From an uncultured Candidatus Saccharibacteria bacterium (GTDB lineage: Bacteria > Patescibacteriota > Minisyncoccia > UBA6257 > JAKLIH01): a stretch of 25,901 nt of DNA. Of this stretch, positions 1 through 9,993 are shown piece by piece. The number at the start of each line of letters is the position of its first letter. The stretch's first letter is position 1. A program made the position numbers and the translations under genes. The stretch covers positions 1-25,901 of the forward strand of contig CAZDQI010000002.1 of assembly GCA_964507765.1 (NCBI GenBank), in the 5' to 3' direction. Below the pieces are notes generated by a model. It did not search any database, was not told the DNA's origin, and worked only from the letters and a program-made list of their open reading frames with translations.

Positions 1-51
1 ATAGCAAGAATTGCTATTACTATCATTAATTCTACTAGGGTGAAACTATTT

Positions 52-1062
52 TTAAATTTCGCTTTGTTTAACATATACAGTTTGTGAAGGAAAAGCAAAA
101 TTAATATTGTTTTCCTTAAATTTTTTAATTATTTCGAAGTTTATATAATCCTTAATATTTAAATGTTTATTGTAATCTCCATCTAAAACATAGTAAATAA
201 TCGTAAAGTTTAAAGAAGAGCTTGATAATTCATCAAAAACAATATTACCAATTTCAATATCTTGAATATCTTTAACTATATCATTTAAGATCTCTTTTAT
301 TGTTTCTAATTTAGATATATCAGTGCTATATTCTACTCCAATAGTTAAAGTATTTCTTCTTTTTTCCATTTTCTTGTAATTATGGACTCTAGCTTCAGTT
401 AAATCTTTATTAGAAAAAACAATTTCGTCTCCTAATAAGTTTTCTATTCTAGTTGATTTTATACCTATTTTTTTAACTACACCGTATTCATCGCCAACAT
501 TAATAAAATCCCCTTCTTTAAAAGGCTTATCAAAATGAATTGTGAAATAGGCAAAAATATCACCTAGAATGTTTTGGATAGCAAAAGCAATTGCTATACC
601 AGTAACTCCAAGACCAGCAACAACAGATGTTAAGTTAACACCAAGATTTTGTAATAGCAATAAAATAGCAAAAACAACAATAACAAAGTTAAGTATTTTG
701 TGCATTAAAGACAAAGAGTGTTTATTATCGGTATTAGTATTTTTTTCAATAAAAAATTTTAAAATTCCTTGAGAGAATATAATACCATAATAAAAGACAT
801 TGACTAAAATTATATACGATACTATTTTTTCAAGTTGTGGTAAATTGGTACTACAGGAAGCAATGAATAAAGCAAGAGAGATATAAAAGACTATATGTAA
901 TTTATTCACAAGATTAATTAGTAAATCATCAAATTTGTTAGATGTTTTTTTTGATAAATTTTTTAATCTAACAATTATGAACGTTTTGATAAGATATAGT
1001 ATCAAAAACGATCCTACAAATGTTAAAATAAATTTTACAATATTTGGATCTAAATTATACAT
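52..1062 (-). CDS. mscS: Small-conductance mechanosensitive channel (MscS family), 336 aa
   Basis: N-terminal TM helices; TM3 motif SVVAGLGVTGIAIAFAIQNILGDIFA; PFKEGDFI; GVVKKIGIKSTRI; C-terminal FAFPSQTVY; TAA stop. Confidence 0.9.
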   Translation of the reverse strand: MYNLDPNIVKFILTFVGSFLILYLIKTFIIVRLKNLSKKTSNKFDDLLINLVNKLHIVFYISLALFIASCSTNLPQLEKIVSYIILVNVFYYGIIFSQGILKFFIEKNTNTDNKHSLSLMHKILNFVIVVFAILLLLQNLGVNLTSVVAGLGVTGIAIAFAIQNILGDIFAYFTIHFDKPFKEGDFINVGDEYGVVKKIGIKSTRIENLLGDEIVFSNKDLTEARVHNYKKMEKRRNTLTIGVEYSTDISKLETIKEILNDIVKDIQDIEIGNIVFDELSSSSLNFTIIYYVLDGDYNKHLNIKDYINFEIIKKFKENNINFAFPSQTVYVKQSEI

Positions 1063-1091
1063 AAAAAATTGTTTAATTCTTATATATAAAC

Positions 1092-1120
1092 AGTATAAAC
1101 AAAAGTAATTAAAAAATCAA
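1092..1120 (-). promoter_or_regulatory. Sigma70-type promoter for mscS
   Basis: TTGATT (1115-1120), 17 bp, TATACT (1092-1097), about 30 nt upstream of the ATG. Confidence 0.55.
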
Positions 1121-1152
1121 ACTAAAACCACCCTCAAATAAATGAGGGTGGT
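1119..1152 (-). terminator. Intrinsic terminator downstream of the H1-like gene
   Basis: 10-bp stem ACCACCCTCA (1127-1136)/TGAGGGTGGT (1143-1152), 6-nt loop, U-rich tail on the minus strand. Confidence 0.75.
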
Positions 1153-1228
1153 CAAAGCTTTCTTTAATAAACTATTTTTGAACTAGTTTATTTGAATGTT
1201 AGTACTACTAACTTTCGTTTTAAACTAA

Positions 1229-1444
1229 CTATTTCTTTGCTTTTTTGGTTGTCTTGGCTTTCTTGGTAGTTGTCTTTTTAACAGTTTTTTTAACCTTTTT
1301 TGCTGGTTTCTTTACTGCTTTTTTTACAACTTTCTTTGTTGCTTTCTTTACTGGTTTCTTTGTGGTTTTTTTGACAACCTTTTTTGTTGCTTTCTTTACT
1401 GGTTTCTTTTTAGCAACTTTTGTGGTTTTATTTTTTGCAACCAT
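1229..1444 (-). CDS. Histone H1-like Lys/Ala/Thr/Val-rich basic protein, 71 aa
   Basis: Repeated xKKxx pentapeptides (KKPVKKATKKVVKK twice), like Hc2/AlgP-type repeats; has its own promoter and terminator; TAG stop. Confidence 0.75.
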   Translation of the reverse strand: MVAKNKTTKVAKKKPVKKATKKVVKKTTKKPVKKATKKVVKKAVKKPAKKVKKTVKKTTTKKAKTTKKAKK

Positions 1445-1483
1445 GATAGTTTTTTAAAATTGTATTTTAAATTTTTCGACCTT

Positions 1484-1505
1484 AAAATATTTTTAAAAAT
1501 ATTTT
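1484..1505. repeat. 22-bp perfect palindrome AAAATATTTTTAAAAATATTTT (copy 1)
   Basis: Read directly; the same core recurs at 1570-1595. Confidence 0.7.
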
Positions 1506-1521
1506 TATATATTTCAAATAT

Positions 1522-1550
1522 ATTGTAAACTATTTTTTAAAAAAAATCAA
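1522..1550 (-). promoter_or_regulatory. Sigma70-type promoter for the H1-like gene
   Basis: TTGATT (1545-1550), 17 bp, TACAAT (1522-1527). Confidence 0.6.
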
Positions 1551-1569
1551 GAGGTAAAATGAAAAATTT

Positions 1570-1595
1570 AAAAAATATTTTTAAAAATATTTTTT
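1570..1595. repeat. 26-bp perfect palindrome containing the same 22-bp core (copy 2)
   Basis: AAAAAATATTTTT|AAAAATATTTTTT read directly. Confidence 0.7.
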
Positions 1596-1600
1596 GTAAA

Positions 1601-2569
1601 TTAAAATCCGATCAATTGAACTTCTAGCTCTAAATAAATTCCAAATTTTTCTAAAACTTTTCCTTTAACAAAAGAAATTAAATTAAAAATATCTTCGCTT
1701 TTGGCTTTGTCAAAATTAATTATAAAATTAGCATGCTTCTCTGATATTTTTGCGCCGTTAATACTAAATCCTTTTAGTCCACATTGCTCGATAAGCCATC
1801 CAGCTGGAACTTGCTTGGTATTTTGACAATCAATAACTAATAAATTATCTTCGTTTCAAATATTTGGATCAAATTCTTCTAATTGTACATTCTTAAACGT
1901 AGAACCAAAATTAGGAAATTCATATGGCTGGCTTTTAATTCTTTTATCTATTGTATTTTTTGTTTTTTCTTTAATTATATTACTATCTAACCGTTTACCA
2001 ATTAAATTTACTTCTCATATTATATTAGCTTTTCTTTTAAAAATACTTTCTCGGTAACCAAAACCACATTCGTTTTGGTTATATTTTTTTATTTCAAAAT
2101 TATATTCATTAAATTTTAATCAATCAATGTTATAAACGTCACTAACAACATCTTTAATTTCAAAATACCCTACACCGCAATTACCACGAACAGAACCACC
2201 AATAGTTCCAGGTATACCAAACAAATCTTCAATACATGAGATTGACTCATTTTGTAATTTGGTTATTAAATTATTTAAATTTCAACCTGCTCCGACATTA
2301 ATTTCAAAATATTCATCATCTATCTTTTTAATTTTAAATCTTTTATTTAATACTTTAATAACCAAACCATCAAAACCGCTATCGTTGATTAAAATATTAC
2401 TGCCTCCACCTAAAACAAAAACTTTTAATCCTTCTTTTTTGGTTAGATTTAAAATATTAACCAAATCATCCACATTATCAATTTGAGTAAAATATTTAGC
2501 AACACCACCAGTTTTACAAGTAGTGAATTTATTTAATTCAACATTTTTTAAAATAATATTATTTTTCAT
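1601..2569 (-). CDS. murB: UDP-N-acetylenolpyruvoylglucosamine reductase, 322 aa (4 in-frame TGA=Trp)
   Basis: GGGSNIL, GIPGTIGG, FGYRESIF, QP..PNFGSTFKN, PAGWLIE, KHANFIIN, LELEV motifs all in one frame when TGA at 2282, 2120, 2015 and 1856 is read through; TAA stop. Confidence 0.93.
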
Positions 2570-2969
2570 ATTGATTTTTATCTATATATCCTTGTAAAAT
2601 CAAACAACTAGCAGTTTGATCGATAATAGATTTTTTATTACTAACATTATCAAGTCTATTCTCTGCTTCTTTGGTCGATAATATTTCATTCACAACATGA
2701 ATATTAATTTCAGGAAGTTTTGTTTTTAGATAATTAATAAATTTTTGAGTAAGTTCTGTTTGTTCTGTGCTAGAAAAATCAAAACTGAGCGGAGTACCAA
2801 TAACAATATCAGTTATATCTTCGTTTTTAATAATTTCAATTATCTGATTAATAACAGTTTTAAAATCTTTATTTATAATAGTTGTATATGGATTAGCTAT
2901 AACATTAGATGCATCACTAACAGAAATTCCTATTCTTTTGTTGCCATAATCAATCCCTAAAAATCTCAT
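2559..2969 (-). CDS. ruvX: YqgF/RuvX family nuclease (pre-16S rRNA maturation), 136 aa
   Basis: LGIDYGNKRIGISVSD, IVIGTP, NEILSTKEA, IDQTASCLILQ motifs; overlaps the murB start by 11 nt. Confidence 0.9.
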   Translation of the reverse strand: MRFLGIDYGNKRIGISVSDASNVIANPYTTIINKDFKTVINQIIEIIKNEDITDIVIGTPLSFDFSSTEQTELTQKFINYLKTKLPEINIHVVNEILSTKEAENRLDNVSNKKSIIDQTASCLILQGYIDKNQYEK

Positions 2970-2995
2970 GGTTTTGTTTTAAGATGTTTTTGAAT

Positions 2996-3757
2996 TTATT
3001 TTGTTAATATAATTGGTTCTTTATCGGTAATAGCAATGCTATGTTCAAAATGAGCAGCAACCTGATCATTTTCTGTAACAAATTCATCTCTTTCGTTTTG
3101 AACAACAGTGGTTTGATCAAAAGTAGCCATTGGCTCAATAGCAATAACATATCCTGGTTTTAATTTAATCCCCGATCCAGGTATGCCATAATTATATATT
3201 TCTGGCTCTTCGTGTAACTGAAACCCAGTTCCATGACCAACTAATTCTTTAATAACATGAAAACCATTTTTGTTTACATGTGACTCTATGGTATAACCTA
3301 TATCACCAACAGTTTTCCCCTTTTTACACATATAAATTGCTTTATTTAAAGACTCTTTGGTTGTATTAATTAATTGTTTTGTTTTTTTATCAACATTACC
3401 AACGCATACAGTAATTGCACTATCAACAAAAAGATTCTTATAGGACAAGCCACAATCAATACTAATAATATCACCGTCATTTAAAATTAAATCTTTGGAA
3501 GCAACACCGTGAACAATAACATTGTTTTTAGACAAGCATAATGTTGAAGGAAAAGGAGTAGACATAAATCCAGCTTTATAGTTTAAAAAAGCAGGAATAC
3601 AATCATTATCTTTAATAAAGTTAAAAGCAAAGTTATCAAGAGTTAGGCCATCTATTCCTGGTTTAATTAATTTAGAAACTTGTACTAATGTTTTTCTTAA
3701 AATTTTACCTCCAATTTTTAATATTTCAATATCTTTTTTACTTTTAATTGTTATCAT
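2996..3757 (-). CDS. map: Type I methionine aminopeptidase, 253 aa
   Basis: VHG, GDIISIDCG, DSAIT, GHGTG..LHEEP, AIEPM, AHFEHSIAIT; ATG at 3757 preferred over the track's TTG at 3772. Confidence 0.95.
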   Translation of the reverse strand: MITIKSKKDIEILKIGGKILRKTLVQVSKLIKPGIDGLTLDNFAFNFIKDNDCIPAFLNYKAGFMSTPFPSTLCLSKNNVIVHGVASKDLILNDGDIISIDCGLSYKNLFVDSAITVCVGNVDKKTKQLINTTKESLNKAIYMCKKGKTVGDIGYTIESHVNKNGFHVIKELVGHGTGFQLHEEPEIYNYGIPGSGIKLKPGYVIAIEPMATFDQTTVVQNERDEFVTENDQVAAHFEHSIAITDKEPIILTK

Positions 3758-4415
3758 GTATTTTTTCTTCAACTATTTGATTAATTTTTCCGGCTATTTC
3801 TTCAATTGAGCCAACGCCATTTATGTCATATAAAACACCTTTCAAGCGAAGAAGTTCAATGGTTGGCACAACATGTTCATTAAATTCTTCAATCCTCTTT
3901 TTAATAACTTCTGGGCGATCATCATCCCTAATAATTAATTCTGTATCGTCATCTTTACAATGTGTAATCCCAGGATCAATATCTAAAGAGTATGTGCGAT
4001 GACATTTAGGACAATAACGACGAATAGAAGACCTATGTAATGATTCTTCATCTGGAATATTTAAATTAAAAACAAAAAAATGGTTGTTTCCCATTCATTT
4101 AAATATTTCATCCATAGCTTCCCCTTCTATTGGCATTCTAGGACTGCCTTCAAAAACAACACCTTGATTAATATCAAAATTCAATAATTTGGAAAATCAT
4201 AAATAAAAAACTAGAGCGGTTGGAACAATAACTCCCTCATCGATATCTTCATTAATTTTCTTAGCTCAAAAATTTTCGTCTCCTTTTAAAGCTCATTCTC
4301 TTAATAAGCTACCGGTTGATATCATTTTTAAATCATACTTATCAGCCAATATTTTGGCTTGAGTTCCTTTACCACAATTGCCTTTACCAATAAAGCTAGC
4401 ATAAATTGTCTTCAT
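3744..4415 (-). CDS. adk: Adenylate kinase with Zn-type LID, 223 aa (4 in-frame TGA=Trp)
   Basis: P-loop-like GKGNCGKGTQA, ISTGSLLRE, FEGSPR, LID CPKC..C..D, RDDDRPEVIKKRI; TGA at 4293, 4266, 4197 and 4095; position upstream of map. Confidence 0.92.
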
Positions 4416-4446
4416 ATCAAAATTTTAAATATTAATATATATGTAA

Positions 4447-4475
4447 AATATAACAAAAAAGAAAGAAAAAAGCAA
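4447..4475 (-). promoter_or_regulatory. Putative sigma70 promoter for adk-map
   Basis: TTGCTT (4470-4475), 17 bp, TATATT (4447-4452), in the HAD-adk gap. Confidence 0.45.
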
Positions 4476-4482
4476 AAACAAA

Positions 4483-5127
4483 TTATAGTTTTAATAAATA
4501 ATCTTTATTTATTTCTTTTAAAGATAAAACTTGGTTTTTGGTTGGATATTTATCAAAATCAAACTTTTTAACTAAACCAATGCATTTCATATTGGCTTTT
4601 GAAGCGCCTATCATTCCACTTAATCCATCTTCTATAACTAAACAGTTTTCGGGACTGATATTAATCTTTTTAGCAGCTAATAAAAATATTTCTGGATCAG
4701 GCTTCCCATGAGAAACCATATCTGCACCAACAAGAGCATCAAACCTATCAACAATATTAAGTTGATTTAAAATAATATTAATTAATTCAGAAAAAGACGC
4801 CGATGCAACAGCTTTTTTAATATTTAAAGCATCTAATAAATCTAATAAATCGTAAATCCCATCAATTGGATCTACTGATATTTTGAATTTTTCAATTGCT
4901 TTACTAGTTTTTTCTTCCATTAACTCTTCTACATTAAAATCAACGCCTTTTTCACTTAATACCTTTTTAAAAACCTCCCTAGTTCTAACACCAGCGTATT
5001 TATCAGTAATTTCATCTGGCGTTATTGTAACATCATATCGAGAGAATATCTCTGACTCAACTTCAGAGTGAATTTTTTGGGTATCAGATATAACCCCATC
5101 CATATCAAAAATAACAGCTTCAATCAT
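4483..5127 (-). CDS. HAD-superfamily phosphatase (beta-PGM/CbbY-like), 214 aa
   Basis: Motif I FDMDGVISDT, motif II VASAS, motif III GKPDPEIF, motif IV EDGLSG. Confidence 0.88.
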   Translation of the reverse strand: MIEAVIFDMDGVISDTQKIHSEVESEIFSRYDVTITPDEITDKYAGVRTREVFKKVLSEKGVDFNVEELMEEKTSKAIEKFKISVDPIDGIYDLLDLLDALNIKKAVASASFSELINIILNQLNIVDRFDALVGADMVSHGKPDPEIFLLAAKKINISPENCLVIEDGLSGMIGASKANMKCIGLVKKFDFDKYPTKNQVLSLKEINKDYLLKL

Positions 5128-5136
5128 AATATTTTT

Positions 5137-5853
5137 TTAATTTTTAATACCAAAAACAGCCATCATGGCTTTAATCTCATCTGGAGGACATCCATATTGA
5201 TCACGTCGATAAGAAAAATATTTATCTTTTAAACAATAAGTACATTCATTAATAAACTCAATATTTGATTCTGGAATTTTTAGCTCTAGAATTTTTTTAA
5301 GTAAAACATATTTTGAATCAAAATATATTTTGTTATTTATATATATAAAAGCATCAGGATAATCTTTAAAATTTTCAACAAAATCTTCTTTGACCTCATA
5401 ACATTTTTCGCATAAAAGTGGAGAAATTCCAACTAAAATATTATTTGGTTTTGAATTAAAATTCTTTTGTATTAAATTTACAGCTTTTTTAATAATATCA
5501 TCATGTAATCCTTTTCAACCAGCATGAAGAAGGCCAATAACATTGTTTTCAAAATCAAAAATATATACAGCGGTGCAATCTGCAATTGTAAAACTTAAAT
5601 AAACATCTTTTAAATTAGTAATTAAACCATCACAATTATGAAACATTTTTTCACTTGTACTAGATACAATTTGTATATTGCTTGTATGCTTTAAGCGACC
5701 AACATATATATTATCAGGATTAATATTATTATTTTTTAAAAAAACATTTCTATTAGTAAAATTACGTTGATCATCAGTAATTTTCATTGGCCCATCTTTT
5801 TTTTCTGAAAACAAGGCAACTAAATTTGAATATGGTTTAAATAAATTAAACAT
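5137..5853 (-). CDS. pgeF: YfiH/PgeF family purine nucleoside phosphorylase / peptidoglycan-editing factor, 238 aa (1 TGA=Trp)
   Basis: H..., DGLIT, IADC, HAG[TGA]KG (family motif HAGWRG; TGA at 5515), C..CYEV, CTYC, YFSYRR; TAA stop. Confidence 0.88.
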
Positions 5854-5909
5854 AATTTAAGTATTTTTAAAAAATTTTATTAATTTTGCTAAACTTTTTT
5901 CATATTTTT

Positions 5910-6959
5910 TTAATATTTTAGAGCTAAATTAATTAACAAATTAATTAATTGGGTATATTTTAAACCAGTGCATTCTCATAGTTTAGGAAACATACTAATG
6001 TTAGTAAAGCCTGGAATAGTATTTAATTCATTAACATATATTTCATTTTTATCAGTTAGAAACATGTCAACTCGAGCAAATCCAGAACATTCAAGAGCCA
6101 AATATGCATACATAGCAGTATTTTGAATAGCTTTTGTTACTTTTTTAGGTAGATTTACTGGTATTACTAACTCGGCACCATCAGATTTTATATATTTATC
6201 ATCGTAAGTATAAAATTCATCTTTTGGTATTACTTGCCCAGGCAAGGAAGTAAAAACATTTGAATTTCCAATAATAGAACATTCTATTTCCTTTCCAGAA
6301 ATATACTCTTCAATAATAATTTTTTTATCATGTTTAAAAGCGTTAACTATAGCAGGTTTAAATTCTTTATCATTATAAACTTTGCTAATACCAACTGAAG
6401 ATCCCGTATTGGCTGGTTTTACAAAAAAAGGAATTTTTAATATTTTTTGTATTTTTTTAAAATTCCAATTATCAATTTCTGTTTTTTTAATACTAATAAA
6501 ATTAGAAGTTTTGATATTAGATGCTTTTAACAGTTTTTTTTGAATCACTTTATCCATATTAATACTTGAAGATAAAACATCGCATCCAACGCATTTTATA
6601 TTATATGTTTTAAGCAATCCCTGAATAGTTCCATCTTCTCCGTTTAACCCGTGCAAAATAGGAAAACAAACATCAATCGATTTAGTTTTCTTGGTTTTTA
6701 AGTTTAAAGTATACCCTTTCGAGTCTTTTAAAATTAAATAACCATTGCTTAAACTATTTAATTTTTGCTTAATAATTTTTTCGTCGATCGATATATTATT
6801 AGGTAATAAATATCAGTTTCCCTTTTTATCAATATATACTAAAGTTAAAATATATTTGTTTTTATCTAAAGCTTTAATGATATTATTAGCCGATCAAACT
6901 GATACAGAATGTTCATTGGATTTTCCTCCAAAAACAATTAATAAATTTATTGGTTTCAT
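5910..6959 (-). CDS. ddl: D-alanine--D-alanine ligase, 349 aa (3 TGA=Trp, 1 TGG)
   Basis: FGGKSNEHSVS, G.W, FPILHGLNGEDGTIQG, FVKPANTGSSVG, omega loop FYTYDDKY, NELNTIPGFT.ISMFPKL[TGA]E; TGA at 6894, 6813 and 5976; TAA stop. Confidence 0.93.
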
Positions 6960-6990
6960 GTAAATTTTTATAACAATATGTAATATGTAT

Positions 6991-7018
6991 AGTATAACAA
7001 AAATACATTTAATATCAA
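6991..7018 (-). promoter_or_regulatory. Putative promoter for ddl-pgeF-HAD
   Basis: TTGATA (7013-7018), 16 bp, TATACT (6991-6996). Confidence 0.4.
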
Positions 7019-8182
7019 CTATATTTGCTTTTCAGTCCTGATTGTAAGAGCTATCATTGGCAAAAGACTGATAATACCAAGCACTAGGATAAGTGAACGG
7101 TCAGCTAAAAAGCCAATAATTGGATTAAGTATAAACAAAGATAAGGAGCTAAATAACCCTACAGTTGATAGAATAGTTGCTCGCATGCTTGAAGGAATAT
7201 TTTCATTTAAATGGGCATAAACAAATTCAAAATGAGTTAACCCAAACCCACCAGCAAGGATAATTAAAAGTATAACCGTAAATATATTAGGCATTAAAAC
7301 CACTAATAGAAAGAAAAACATAACAATAATACCTGAAAATTTTAAATAGTTATTAAATCCTAGCCTCTTTTCAAAAAAACCAAAGTTGCTAGAAACAATA
7401 ACTTGGGCTAAAACTAAAATTGCATGAAAATAGCCAAAATATATAATAGGAATATTTAATTTACTTAGTATTGGTTGATATAATCAAATTATAAAATAGC
7501 CAGCACTATTAATTAAAATACCATTTAAGCTTATTTTTCGAATAAAACTATTGTTTTTGACAAATTTGATACCTTCGGTAAAAATCTTAAAATACTTTTT
7601 AGCTTCATTCTCCATTTCATATTGTTTTGGTTCTTTAAATCTAGATATGAATAAAAGCGCAATAAATATTGAAATAGATGAAAATATTATTGGCATATTT
7701 AATCCCATTTTTGATCCAATAAAGCTACCAATTGGAGCTGCAATTAAAATTGCTATTAATTTTCAAGAATAAGCTTTACCAAATAATTTTTTACATTCTT
7801 TCTCTTCCCCAATATCTTTAAGCGAATCAAAAAATAGGGCTTTATCAGCGCCAGACATTAAAGCAACACCTAAAGCTAAAATAAACTCACAAACAAGAAA
7901 CATATAGAAACTAGGAATAAATCCATAAATTAAAACACCAATACCATAAAATATTAAACCCAGTATTACTGATTTTTTACGACCAAAATAGTCAGCTACA
8001 ACCCCAGTAGGAACTTCTAGTATAAAATTCCAAAACATAAACCAAGATTGTAAAAACTGAACTTGAAACATTGAAATTCCACCCCATTGAGTAAAAAAAG
8101 GAATCAAAACTCCGCTAACGAAAAACAAATCTTTAAAAAAACTAAATCCGTAATAATATTTTTGTATTTGATTTTTTTGCAT
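7019..8182 (-). CDS. Major facilitator superfamily transporter, ~387 aa (2 TGA and 3 TGG Trp)
   Basis: EVPTGVVADYFGRK MFS motif A, ALMSGADKALFFD, RATILS; three track ORFs are one frame joined through TGA at 7763 and 7484; TAG stop; start 8182 chosen because 8212 lies inside a hairpin. Confidence 0.85.
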
Positions 8183-8194
8183 AAAAGATAATTT

Positions 8195-8231
8195 AAATAC
8201 ACGCCAAAACATTAAGCTTTGACGTGTATTT
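8195..8231. terminator. 14-bp hairpin immediately after secY (probable terminator)
   Basis: AAATACACGCCAAA / TTTGACGTGTATTT, one G-U pair on the minus-strand RNA, 9-nt loop; minus-strand U tail is weak. Confidence 0.5.
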
Positions 8232-8242
8232 TTTAAATAATT

Positions 8243-9514
8243 TTAGTAGTCATATTCTCTCATTGCCAATTGAGCTTCAATTGCATTCTTGACCTCAATA
8301 GCAATAGCAACAATAAGTAATAACGACGTACCGCCGATTTCAAAAGTAGTGACATGGGTGACTTTTTCTAGAGCCATTGGCAAAACAGCAACTAGGCCTA
8401 GAAATATAGCACCAAATAATGTTATCTTCTTAGATACTTTGGATAAATAGGAAACGGTATTTTCCCCTGGACGATAACCAGGAATAAATCCACCATTTTT
8501 TTGCAAATTATCTGATATTTCTTTTGGTTCAAATGTGATAGATGTATAGAAAAATGTAAACAGAAATACTAAAACGAAATAGATGGAAGCATAAAATACT
8601 TTGTTTTCAATTAAAGTTGTAAGAAAATTAGAAGCGGTAACTAAAAACGTCAAATTGGTTGTGGCTAACATTTGGCTAATTAAAGCTGGAAAAGTTAAAA
8701 TAGATAAAGCAAAGATAATAGGAATAACGCCAGCTTGGTTAACTTTTAATGGTAAGAAGGTTGTAACACCTCCATACATTTTATTACCTCTAACATGCTT
8801 AGCGTATGAAACTGTAAGTCTTCTTTCCCCTTCAGTTAAGTATACAATGGCAACAACCATAATTAACATAATTAAGAAGAATAAAGCAACACCAATTCAA
8901 GCAGCTATTGTTTCAGCTGACATAATGGTAGCAAATAGACTTTGAGGTAAACTAATAATAATACCTGAGAAAATAATCAAAGAAATACCATTGCCTAATT
9001 TCTTTTGAGTAATAATTTCTCCAATAAATACAATAACGAAAGCAGCAGCAGTTAAAAGCAAAACATTACGTCATAATTCAAGAGGAGAATTAATAGTAAT
9101 AATTTTTTGCATGCGCAAAATATTTAAAATACCAACCGCTTGTAAAATAGTTAAAGGTAAAGTTAAATATTTAGTTCATTTTTCAAACTTACGACGGCCT
9201 TCTTCTCCGTTTTCATGAAAAGTCTCTTTAAGTGATGGTATAATGATAACTACTAATTGCATGATAATAGAAGCAGAAATGTATGGACTAACACCTAAAA
9301 GACCTATAGATAAATTACCAAAAGCACCACCAGTAAATATATCAAATAAACCAAAAACTTTACTTTGTTCTAAAAAGGTTTTGATCTGATTTAAATCAAC
9401 ATTAGGTATAGGAATAGCGGCAATTAATCGAAAAACAAGTAATCAAAATATAATGGTTAACATGTTTTTGCGTAGCTCTTTGTTTTTAAATAATTTAATG
9501 AAATTTTTAATCAT
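8243..9514 (-). CDS. secY: Preprotein translocase subunit SecY, 423 aa (4 TGA=Trp)
   Basis: LGVSPYISASIIMQL, GEIITQKKLGNGISLIIFSGII, GVIPIIFA, FIPGYRPG, GGTSLLLIV; TGA at 9443, 9176, 9071 and 8897. Confidence 0.96.
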
Positions 9515-9558
9515 AATATATATTTATTTGAAATATTTTAAAATACAAAAGATAGAAT

Positions 9559-9993
9559 TTATTTACTAAATTCTACCTTACCACCAGCCTTTTCAATTAA
9601 GCTGGCTCCTAGTTTTGTAATTTTGCAATCTTTCAAAAACAATTTTTTATTAATTGAATCTACTTTACCAATAATTTTAAACTTAGTAATTCTTTTAGGA
9701 ACTAGTTTAAGATTACGGAGTGATTCTAAATTAACTTTAAAATTATCTGGACATTTTTGAACTAAAGTTTTTAGTTGAATCTCAAAAATATCAACTTTTT
9801 TAACTTTATTTGTGGCGCCTCTTAATTTAGGCAAACGCAATATTTGCTCTTTTAATTGAGCTGGAATCTTTCTGCCAGCATGAGCTTTTTGCCCTTTCAT
9901 ACCTTTACCACTGTAAGTACCTCGTTTGCCACCACGGCCAACACGAGGAGATTTTTTGATCTTTGTTTTTGGTTTTAAATTATGAACTTGCAT
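9559..9993 (-). CDS. rplO: 50S ribosomal protein L15
   Basis: RVGRGGKRGTYSGKGMKGQKA, IEKAGG; position before secY. Confidence 0.95.
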   Translation of the reverse strand: MQVHNLKPKTKIKKSPRVGRGGKRGTYSGKGMKGQKAHAGRKIPAQLKEQILRLPKLRGATNKVKKVDIFEIQLKTLVQKCPDNFKVNLESLRNLKLVPKRITKFKIIGKVDSINKKLFLKDCKITKLGASLIEKAGGKVEFSK

